From contig CM030336.1 in the NCBI GenBank assembly GCA_017654855.1, positions 3,782,001 to 3,846,000 on the forward strand: a DNA stretch of 64,000 nucleotides, written 5' to 3'. This document shows, piece after piece, positions 11,555 to 21,882 of this stretch. This DNA comes from Podospora anserina. Taxonomy: Eukaryota. Both the position numbers and the translations under genes were made by a program. The notes beneath the pieces were generated by a model, which saw nothing but the letters and a program-made list of their open reading frames with translations, was not told where the DNA came from and ran no database searches. Numbering within the stretch: position 1 is the stretch's first letter; the number at the start of each line of letters is the position of its first letter.

Positions 11555-13523
11555 TGTGTCTTTGACTTGTAGCAGAAAGGTAGGTCAAGAATATAAAAAT
11601 ATAAACAAGCTGTAGATTTGAGAGGCGCGCGGCTGGCGCAACAGCTGCAATCACGCAACAAGATAATAGGTCGGTTGAACAGCCCGGGCGTGTGCCTTGG
11701 TAGTAAGGCTTGGTAAAAAAGAGCCACTTAGGTAAGGTACGGTGGTGGTGGTGGCATCGCTGATGGGTGCCTGATTAGAACCGAGCCGGCCGCCGCTGAC
11801 TTCCAATAACTTGGACAGTGACGCGGGCTGTCGGATGCGGTCGGGATTAGCGGGGGGTAGGTTTGTTGACGTTGGGTGCTTGTCCGTCTCCAATGCACGT
11901 TTCCACAACAGCTTGGGTGATGAAAAATGTAGATAGCTATCTAGGTGGTAGGTAGTGTGTCAAAGGATTAGACAGCAAACAGAAGCTCCCTCCCCAGAGC
12001 TGAGCTGTGCTGTGCTTCCTGGGCCACGCCAACAGTCGATCAGGCACAGCAACAGCACCTGAACCAGATGACGGCAGAATCCCTTTCCGGAACACACACA
12101 CCCACGTTTCGATAAGGAACCTTCCGATAAGACTGGCAGTGTACCCCGTTAGCTAGCTCCGAACGGCAAGACCCACTTGAGAACATGCAGGACATGCTTG
12201 TCTGGGCACGGACCAGCATGAATCGGCGTGTAAGTGCCACAACTGGTGAAGCCTCAGATTTCTCGTTGGCCCACTTTGATTGACACCTGTGCCGTGGTTG
12301 GGTATACATATGAGACAGACACATGTGTATTTTGATAGATGTATACGGACCGCTGAAGAATACATCTTGATCACAATCATTAATCCCAATTTTATCGCGA
12401 GATTTCTGTCAAGAAGAATGAGCTAGCTGGCTGATCACATTTCCCCATCTCAAGCGGTGAACAAAACCTCCCCCCGCAACAACGCCCCCAATAATCCCGC
12501 ACTTTCTTCTTGCTCTTACCTTTCCAAATCTAGATTTACCATCTCAGCAAGTTACAAATGGTAGTCAACCCTCCAACTCAAAACACATCCCCAAAAACAA
12601 CAAAAAAAAAACAAGGAGTGGCCGGTGAGGAACCACACCCCTGACCCCGACCCCTGACCCCTGGGCGGCAGAAAAATGAGAATGGGGTCAAACCGAAAAT
12701 GTAAACAACCCCCGGTCGACGCGCCACCTACGCGTCGAGGAGCCCCTCCCCCCACTTGTTGGACCCCTTCTTTCTCTCCTCTCTGTATCCCTCCAGATCA
12801 AAACCACCATTCACTCATTCACTCAAAACTAAAGTGAGACCTCTCCAAAGATTTTGTCAGAAAGTAATTCAATTGGCATGTATAATTACAACTCATCAGG
12901 CCCCAAAAACCCCCCAGCCGAGATTTTAAGCCCACCTACCCACCCTACCTCCAACAAAAATCCTCTAACGCCTCCCTGCCCCAAAAGTCTACCCTCTTTT
13001 GCGCGCGCGCTTCCCGGTTCCAAAGTCCTTTTCCGAATCATGTGTGTTTGTAGTGATGTCGCGGTACGAATGATGGTTGGGTATCGATAGCAGAGAAAAA
13101 CCAAATGCATCTTGAATGATTCCAACAAAGGCTGCTCGCAAGTGATGATGATCGTCGTCCGACCCCTTCCTGTCTTCATGGTTGAAAATGTTTGTTGTAT
13201 ATGCAAGTTGTGGGAAGAAGGGGGGGGGGTATAGTAGAGCCAATAACCTTCGTCAACAAAAAGCATGTTTTTCCCACACGTTCTTCCCCCGTAATAAAAA
13301 AAATGTGATACAGGCCCTCCGAAACCAATAAAAACCCGCGCGCGCGCAAAAATGGTGCCTCGAAAAAGCGGCCGCTTATCCCAATGATAACCCCCAAGAT
13401 GATAGCCCCAGTGATAATCCTGAACGCCAAACTAAAAAAATAAAAAAAATAAAAAAAGCAGAGCCGTCATATCAAACAAGTATAAAAAAAACCATCATGA
13501 CAAGAAAGACTGACCCTCGGCTT

Positions 13524-14718
13524 CTACGCCGAGGCAGCTTCCGCCTTGTCGGCCTTCTTTGGTGTCTTCTCCTTCTTGGGGGCAGCGGCCTTCTTGGGAG
13601 CAGCCTTCTTGGGCGCGGCCTTGGCGGCGGGGGCAGCCTTGGTGACGCGACCGGACTTGGTCTTGGTCAGGACAGCAGGCTTCTCCTCAGCAGGGGCTTG
13701 GGCAGCCTGGATAGACAATGTCAGCGGGTATTCATGAAAAAGTCACGTGGGTGTGTCATAGGATGCTCACCTTCTTGGGGGCAGCCTTCTTCTCCTTCTT
13801 CTCCTTGGGCGCGGCAGCCTTCTTAGGGGCAGCGGCCTTCTTCTCCTTCTTCTCCTTGGGAGCGGCCTCCTTCTTCTCCTTCTTCTCCTTGGGAGCGGCA
13901 GCCTTCTTGGTGGCAGCCTTCTTCTCCTTGGGAGCAGCCTCCTTCTTCTCCTTGGGCGCGGCGGCCTTCTTAGGGGCAGCAGGCTTCTTCTCCTTGGGAG
14001 CGGCAGTCTTCTTGGCGAGCTTGGTGCCGCCGGAGGGGCCCTTGGGCTGCTCGAAGATGCCCTTGTCGACACCAGACTTCAAGGCCTTGTTGAAGAGGGA
14101 GTCGAACATGTTGTCAGAGGCATTGATGGTGTTGTTGCTCTTGACATACTTCTTGAGGGATTGACGGCTGGCGGCTGAGTCAGTCCGAGGCGTTCATGTG
14201 ATGTGTGAATGAGATAATTGTGAGGTGAGAGTGGGCGGGTGAGCCAAAAAAACTGTGGTGGGCGGTCGCATTTGCGACACGCGCATCGTTGTGGATGTTC
14301 TCGCTACGCGAGATGGGTGGATGGGAGAAGAAAAAAATGCAGAAATTTTCTTACCTGGAGCCATTGCGATCCTTGAGCTGCAATTCAAGAAAAAGCAGCG
14401 TCAGTAAATGTGATCATGAATGCAAAGTGGGCAAAATCCGAGCGTAGTGAGACGTGGGATCAAAGACATCATGAGCTTCCTTCATCCTCATCCCACTTGC
14501 GACCGGACGCGTCGGCATGAACCAACAGGGGCAGTGAAAATTACCTGAATGATGGCATCCGTGATCATGTCCTGAATAAAAGTTAGATACGACTGATTAA
14601 TCAAGAACATGTCCGATGTATAGACTTTTCATACCTGGTAGGAGGGGTGGACGGGGGCGGCCTTTGCCTTGGGGGCAGCGGCGCCCTCAGTCTTGGTCTC
14701 GGTCTTCTTGGGAGGCAT
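13524..14718 (-). CDS. HHO1: Linker histone H1; exons 14718-14635, 14571-14545, 14377-14355, 14167-13771, 13706-13524
   Basis: Spliced product MPPKK...HPSYQ|DMITDAIIQ|LKDRNGSS|RQSLKKYV...KGPSGGTKLAKK (H15 globular domain) plus K/A/P-rich tail; four GT-AG introns. Confidence 0.95.
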
Positions 14719-17361
14719 GGTGATGGTTTGAAGTGGTGTTTGTTTGTTTGGTGTAGATGACAATACAGATGCTAGATGCTGTTCGAAGCGGAAATGGACG
14801 AGTCGGACAGAGAGGGTGAAGAACGGCTTGCAAGTTCGGGGTGGACGAGAGAAACCAGGGACAGGAGGGTGGGCGGGCTGTCGCGCTCGGGGGGGATGAT
14901 CGGGTGTTTATATATGGAAGCGGGGGTCTCGCCCACCCCCGAGTGATTGTGCTGATTGTGCCCTGGAGCTGCCCAAATTCCCGGGGCAAAAGCTCGCAGC
15001 TTTGGTGCAAGGTATGGCCCGTGCCCCCCACTAGAAGCATGCCTAGAGCTCCCAGGCATATGGCAGACACGCCCGTTCCCAGCATCCATGTCACCCTGTC
15101 TTGCTCCGAAAAAGCCCAGATCATGTGGGGACCTTACACTCTGTGAGGTGGCATCATATGGCTGCATCACCAAAGTGCATGAGGTGTGAGGTGTGAGTGA
15201 GAGACGGGAGCGAGTAAGTGAGTGCAGCCCAACGTGCGTGGCTACCTAGGTCCCTTGGTGAGGTGATGCCATCTCTGTTTTACGCACACCCTTTCGTCAC
15301 TCAACCCCAACCCGACGGCATGGCCTGGATGGATGGATGCCCAATCATTGTCTTACTCAACCATTCACTGCTGAAGAACTTCTACTTCTTGTGGATGATG
15401 GAGGCAAGGGACGAGGCACAAGGTGCATGGCGGGGAAGGCCAGTCATACAGTTATCTATCTACTACTACGTACACTACCCAACAACCATGAGCATGGGAG
15501 GGGTGGCTGTCACCCATCATTCACCACGGGGTCATCCGAACGGGGAAGCCTTCTCGATCTGCCGCTAAGCTGAATTGGAACCCTGGACTGTTCGTCATCG
15601 TCATCGTCAAGATCACATAAGGAACCCTGGATCATGTCAGTGCTAAAAAGGGAAAAAAAAACAGGTGACATGCCGCTGCCAGACAGGCGGGGTGAAGGGG
15701 GGAGGGAGAAGAAAAAAAGGATGCAGAATGCCAGATGGATCATGGAAGGGAGGGAGAGAGAGGGGGCGGCAGGCGTGCCGGGATTCTTGGGGTCCTCCTT
15801 CGATCACTTGCCGCTCCCCGTTATTTTGGCGCTTTCCCTCTTTGGGCGGGCATTTAAATCGGAAACAAACAAAAAACTCGCAGCGTGCCTATTTTCTGAT
15901 TGGCCCGTTCAACGACACCGGATCCACCTTGTACCTCGAGTTGTCAATCATGCGCACCCCGCCTGTCGAAAGAGCATCTCTGATCTTGAGCTCGCCCCGA
16001 CTCCCCCTTCCCTCGGTTTGATTCGAGTTCCCACGCTTCTTCCCTTTTCTCGACCCGGGTCCGCAGCACATGGTTGGAATCACCCGACTCTGCTCTTCTT
16101 TGTGTGCTTTTTATTTCATTTTTTGCGCCCGGGGACCGCGGGGCATTGTTCCAAATACCGATGACCATTTCCGAGACGAGAGTTGGCATTCAAGCATCTG
16201 TTTTCGGACGCGATTTGGCTTCACGCGCCTTGGTCGGTCCAAACCATCGCCCTCTGGCGCATTCAACACAGCACCTCACCAACCCCTGCTTTGTCGTAGA
16301 AGAATACATCAGTTCGATCGGGCAATTGATGCCGTTTCTTCCATGTGCTTGTTTTTCGCACTGCACCGTTGTTGCCTGAGATATCTGCACTTGAAGCGAA
16401 AGTCACTCCTGATGGTGGGGCGGCTCGGGAGCTGCTCGTGAAGCTTTGGTTGAAGCTATCCGCATCTCAACCCTTCCACACTTTTGCCTCTTCCCACAGC
16501 CCACCACATTGCTTTTCGCTCTTCAAACATTGATAGATCACTCCGAGGGGCTCTTGTTTTTGTTTTTGTCACTTTTTTGGTTTGCTCCTGGTCAATTGAG
16601 GCCAATTCAGGCACCATTTCCAACGCCAGCAAGGTGATGTCGTGTCGATCTGCACGTTTGGCCAGCTCATTCACCCTTCGATTGGTCCACCACAACAGCT
16701 TTCTTTTCCTCGATATGAAACGGTAATTATCTTTTCTGCGTGCCAGGTTCACTCCTGCGCAAGTGTTCTCCGAGGGGAGTTGTTTTTTCAGCATTGCTGT
16801 GTGTCACTTTGATGCTGCCGCGTCACGCGGTCAACGTGGGTTTGGCATCAGGCGAGCCGCCCGGTTTCTTGATGTTCCTGGATTCATGTCAGCCACACAT
16901 ATGCATGGACAGCAGATGATGGTGTTGACGAATGGTGTGCGATAAATGGTGAAGAGAGATCATTTTGAGCGAGTACTGTGATGATTCAGGAGGCTGGTGT
17001 TCACGTTCCTGTTCAGAGCGACTTCGATGGTCGGGCGTCATCTCACGAGTCGACCTGACCAACCGCCACGATTACGTCGACACTTATCCTGCCGCCCACG
17101 TTTCGGTCGGGGTAACTGAGAAGAGTCATCATCAAGGGTGCAAATTTCAAAAGAAGTCAAAGGTGGACATTTGGTGTCTCGTGGATCTTGTCAACTGAAA
17201 TATGCCCAACTAGTTGAAGTCTGATTAGTCGGTAGTCTAGTGACCACATCTGTAAACTAGGTTCAAACTAGAGATAGTCCATTCGTACAACATAGAGATA
17301 GCTCAGAGCTTCAGACATTAGCCAATACATACCATCCATGTGATTTTCAACTTCTATGTCC

Positions 17362-19179
17362 TTAGGTGGTGTTCACAATAACCTGCGCCGGAAACACCAC
17401 CACCTCCTCCTCCCCTTCCCCTCTCAAATCCCCCTTCTGCACCACCAAAGGAAACAAAACAACCCTCACCACAGCCCCCTCGAGATCCCCCTCCGTGTCC
17501 CCCCGACCACCCGGTTGCGTCATCAACGACGAGATAAAATTCACCGTCGCCGCCAGCTCCCCATTCTCATTGTACTCGGGCATCAACGGCGGCAACACCA
17601 TAAACTCAGCCACCTGCGTCCTCATCTCAATCGACAGATTCACCGCCTCACTCACCACCCTCCTCAGCTGCACCCTCAACTGCTCTTCCAAATTCCCCGG
17701 CGGCGGCAACACCTTCGACAGCGCCTCCAAAATCGCCTCTGCCACCGCAACGGCATCCCTATCCCTCTGTTTTCTGAACGATTCCCTCCTCGACCAGAGC
17801 CCCAGCGTGGTAGCCCTCCAAGCACGAACCGTCGCCGTCGGCCCAATGTCCGTTAGCTGTTTTTCTAATGACTTGAGCTTGAACCTCTGCTCCCGGTCCA
17901 TGCCGAAGAGGTAACGGGTGAAAATGAATTCCCAGATCATTGACATGGTGACAGAAGTGAACATGTCCCGGCGTTTCACCCTGTCACGGAGGTAGTTATC
18001 GGCGTCGGAGCCGTCGAGGACAGAGTTATCTAGCCGGTCGATGATGTTTTCATCGTTGATTTCCGAGGTGAGGCGGCTGGCGCGCATGTCGGAGAATTTG
18101 GAGAAGCGGAGGACCCATTGGGTGACGGTCGTGAAGAGGTGCTGGCAGCGCTGTCCAAAGTATTCGGTGGTGTGGATTGTTCCGAGCTGGGTTGGTTGGG
18201 CTTTGAGGATATCTAGGCTTGTTGGCAAGCTTTGGGAGGTCGTGGGTTGGGTGGCAGCCTCTTCGGGAGTGTCGGTAGTAGGTTTGGGTGCAGGTTGAAC
18301 AACCTCGGATGCTGTGGATGGCATCGGCGAGACTGCTGTAGGGTCACCCATCCGGTCACCGGATGGCTCGGATGTAGACACGAGAAACGATCGTGATTGG
18401 GTTTTTGAGTCGAAGCTGATGTTTTCCAGAGCCATGATCGATTGCGGACTTTTCGTGCTAGTCCTGTTGGTGACGACCTCCTTCGCCAAAGCCATCATTC
18501 GTCGGTAGGCTCTCGAGTTGACAACAGTGTTATCAAATTCGAACTCGACGCCCTCGGCCACAGTGTTTCCATCCCCACGGAAGATTGTGTCGGCAGTCCT
18601 CCGCGGATTCAGAACAGACTCGGCAATTTGAAGCTGAGGATTCGCCAACCGCAAGGACGCCGCCTTGGTCGCTTGCCTGTCTAGCAAACCTTTCCCGTTT
18701 CTGACGCCCTCGAGAATCTCATCGGTAGTATTCATGTGCAACACTTGAACCAGAAACGCAATCGCGGACTGCTGTCCTTGCAATAGCGATAGATACCCTT
18801 TCATCTCCCCCTCATTTCGCACAATCCGCGCTTTAGTCCACCACGTCCGCACAAGCGAGCGACGGGACTCCATCAGTGCGGTGGCATCGCAGAGTTTTTC
18901 GAGGGAGTCCTCGAAGCAGGTCAGTACGACTAGGCAACCGGTGAGGGTTGTGTCGAGGGTGTGGACGACATCGGCCTGGCCGCGGACGGTGTGGTTTTGC
19001 AGGATGAGGGTCTGGAGCTGGGACAGGCCGGTCTTGATGGCGGCGCATTGGGAGGAGAGGGCGGTGATGGTGACTTGAGCGTTTTGGAATTTGGTGTGGA
19101 GGGTGTCGAGGGCGCGGGCTGCTTGGAGGCAGATGCCTGTGATGCCTGCGATCGAGGCTGTTATCGAGAGGGGGTCCAT
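17362..19179 (-). CDS. 605-aa protein with a fungal HeLo-like N-terminal domain, a low-complexity linker and a C-terminal domain resembling the Leashin/Lah C-terminus
   Basis: N-terminus MDPLSITASIAGITGICLQ...; FEFDNTVVNSRAYRR motif; C-terminal QWVLRFSKFSD...WEFIFTRYLFGMDREQR...VVLFPLVVQKG...PAQVIV; single intact exon. The Lah similarity is from memory and needs a search. Confidence 0.8.
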   Translation of the reverse strand: MDPLSITASIAGITGICLQAARALDTLHTKFQNAQVTITALSSQCAAIKTGLSQLQTLILQNHTVRGQADVVHTLDTTLTGCLVVLTCFEDSLEKLCDATALMESRRSLVRTWWTKARIVRNEGEMKGYLSLLQGQQSAIAFLVQVLHMNTTDEILEGVRNGKGLLDRQATKAASLRLANPQLQIAESVLNPRRTADTIFRGDGNTVAEGVEFEFDNTVVNSRAYRRMMALAKEVVTNRTSTKSPQSIMALENISFDSKTQSRSFLVSTSEPSGDRMGDPTAVSPMPSTASEVVQPAPKPTTDTPEEAATQPTTSQSLPTSLDILKAQPTQLGTIHTTEYFGQRCQHLFTTVTQWVLRFSKFSDMRASRLTSEINDENIIDRLDNSVLDGSDADNYLRDRVKRRDMFTSVTMSMIWEFIFTRYLFGMDREQRFKLKSLEKQLTDIGPTATVRAWRATTLGLWSRRESFRKQRDRDAVAVAEAILEALSKVLPPPGNLEEQLRVQLRRVVSEAVNLSIEMRTQVAEFMVLPPLMPEYNENGELAATVNFISSLMTQPGGRGDTEGDLEGAVVRVVLFPLVVQKGDLRGEGEEEVVVFPAQVIVNTT

Positions 19180-19797
19180 TGATGGTGCCTAGTCACCCAC
19201 AATGGGCCGCGCCGGTTGATGCCGAAAAAATACGGCACGTTAATACCATCTCTCAAGACAAGTTTTTGAGTCTTCGTGATCATCAGGAATCGTATCCAGC
19301 TGGGGGCGCATAAGGCATCTTTCGAGGCTATGCTGCAGGATTGATTCTTGGCGGCACATAACTGGTCGATGGACTTGTTCGGAAGAAGTGAGGAAATACC
19401 ACTCGATAGGGGATCTACACCTAGAGTTTGAACTTTGAATTCAACAGTGGCTTCAGCTGTCAAGTCGGGATGATGGACACGACTGATCTTTTTGCTGAAC
19501 CACTTTGAACAGCCGCTAAAATAGGTACCTTAGTCGAGCAAATAACGTAGACCATGAGTTGCTACCAGGTAGCATGACACTGGCATATCACGAACTCTCT
19601 TCGAAACCAAATCGCAGTTCGCATGAGGATGTCACATCCTACATTATTCACACTCCCTCAGATTCAAACTCACAAGTGACACCAACATAATGTCATCAAA
19701 TAATCAAACAACATGTCTCACGACAGTGAAACACAGAAGAGCAAGGAGCAACGTCACTGCAGCACAGTATATGTATTAGGTCCCTTTTACTCCTTCC

Positions 19798-20005
19798 AAC
19801 AGCAGCCCTGAAATCTTGACCAGGGCGCCACATTGTGGTCAGGACAAACGGTCAAGGTGGAGGAGCTGCTTGTTACCGCCCCCCTCCCCCACCGCTGGGA
19901 GCTTTGCAACCGACAGCTCCCGAGTTCGATTCCGAAGTAAAACCCACGGGTTTTTGTAGCCGGCCACCCTACAACTAAAGGCTGGTCGGTGAGCTTTTGC
20001 TTTTT
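19798..20005 (+). ncRNA. Putative structured non-coding RNA or Pol III element, family unknown
   Basis: Several short inverted repeats, B-box-like GTTCGATTC at 19924-19932, A-box-like TGGAGGAGCTG at 19858, TA-rich motif near 19768, oligo-T runs at 19951 and 20001. Confidence 0.3.
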
Positions 20006-20630
20006 CTGGGCCCAGTTAATAGATTATTTTGGCTTTCTTTTGGGTTTTTTATTTTTATTTTTTTAATTTTTTTTTATTTTAATTCATTTTTGGTTTTTTT
20101 CTTTTTTCGGCCCAGTTGATACATTATCTTGATTTTCTTCATCCTGGAGACAAGTAACCGGGTATCGACTTTAACTTCGAGACTCGAGTCGAAGGTCTTT
20201 GAAACCAGACATTGATCGCCATCTGACAATGCTTTCATAACGACTCACATCTTGTCCAACAAGCCAAGTAGTTTACTTATGCCTTTAGCATGCAATTAAT
20301 TCGATTATTTCTCGAGATCAGCCACTGCGATTATACCTCGAGTCAAAAGTCTCGAAGATAAACACTAAATTAATCACCGATATACCTTGGTCACACCCGA
20401 CAACATTTCTTTTTGCATAGAAATCCCGTGAGACGAGTCGGGTCGTTTTATCAACACAGCTCGTGATCCACACGAGAGATTAGGCCGGGAAGCAATGGTG
20501 GACATGATTTTATATCCGAGGCATGGATTACCGAGGACGATCAATGTCAGGCTTCTCAGCTCCAAGCCAATACCTTGCATTATCGACACCATTGATAGGT
20601 AGGTATTGGCATCTCGAGAGTCGATATCGT

Positions 20631-21414
20631 CTACAGACCAACCGAAATTATGCTCTCTTTTTGACGTACGTCATTCATGATTTTTGCTGCGAAAATCAGT
20701 TTGGACAGGACAAGCTCCATTAACCTCAGCAGCTCTCCCTCCGGTCGCATTGGAATATGGACATATGTAATGGGGATTGGGGGACTGGTTGGGTACCGTT
20801 GACTGGGCCGGTCAAACCGGTCGAGAAAGTGAGAGGGGATGAGGGCTGTGTAAAAATAGAGGTTGTCATCCTTGGCGGCCAGTAGATGAACCTATTCACA
20901 ACACTGTTGGCCCACCCCAAGCGTGCGGCATCGCATTAGGTTATACGTACCTTGTAGTGGTCAGGGCGGCTTTGGTGTTGGTAGTACTGCTCCTGCGCAA
21001 GGGCAATCAGAACGGCAGCGATATATGGATCCTCAATGTTTTTGGCCGGTCGGAGGCGCCGTTGCCGCTTATGCTGCGCCCGGGCAACGGGCGAGTTGAG
21101 CCGACGGGATCGGAAGAGTGGGATGGATTTGTCGCGGCGTCTTTGCTAGAATGCTACGCGATAGTTGACGAGCAGCATGCCGGAGCCCTTCCGGGAATCG
21201 GGCTTGCTCGTCCCCGTGCGGTCCAATCTCTTCACGGGCGAAGTAACATCCGAGAAGGGCGAGGTGCTGCGCTGTCCAGTGTAGCGGCCGCACAAACAGG
21301 CGACTATGTTTGCGCAGAATGTCGTTTTATTGATGCCAGTTCGGTTTCTCGGAGGCGCTTGAGCGGTACCTCCGGTTTCCCTTCAGTCGCAGGTTTGGAA
21401 GTAGACGTTGGCAT
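20631..21414 (-). pseudogene. Pseudogene A of the divergent pair; fungal hypothetical family (PLHW..HL / EDPYIAAVLIALAQ), intron 20950-20892
   Basis: Reconstruction MPTST...PLKRLR...[frameshift ~21325]DILRKHSRLFVRPLHWTAQHLALLGCYF...[frameshift or deletion ~21140]RRLNSPVARAQHKRQRRLRPAKNIEDPYIAAVLIALAQ...HYK|VHLLAAKDDNLYFYTALIPSHFLDRFDRP...*. Confidence 0.7.
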
Positions 21415-21882
21415 TTTGTGTTGGATAAGGTTTGTTTGGGAGAGTGGTCGCGGTGGGATGGACGCGTTGTTTGAATTGCGTCACCAGATCATGTGCTATA
21501 ATGTCCCAGGCTGTTCGCAAAAAGGTCCATGCCCCACACTGAATTCAACCAATCAGGCTTTACATTCTACTTACAAAATATACGGGCCTTAAAACTCTTC
21601 AAAATTCTTAATTTTTACGCCAATAAAGCAAGATTTATTAATCCCAAGAGCTCTTTAATATTCTATGCGGTTTTTCCTTCTTTCAAATGGCCTTGTTATA
21701 TTTCAAAATGATAAAGTTTGATGAGTGCGAGAGGAGACCGTGGACCTCATTGACGACCACCCTGCATAGAGCCCAATGCTACCTACCCAGCCCAACGCAA
21801 ATGTGGTCCCTTATTGCGCTGGAAGTAATGATGTGCTTTCATCGTTCTTCTATATTACTCAAGAACCTGTCCAAAAGTCCAG

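Noticed and set aside
19850..19940. Intact tRNA gene or HDV-like ribozyme
   Set aside because: No T-stem or acceptor-stem pairing around GTTCGATTC, and no P3 partner for an HDV fold.
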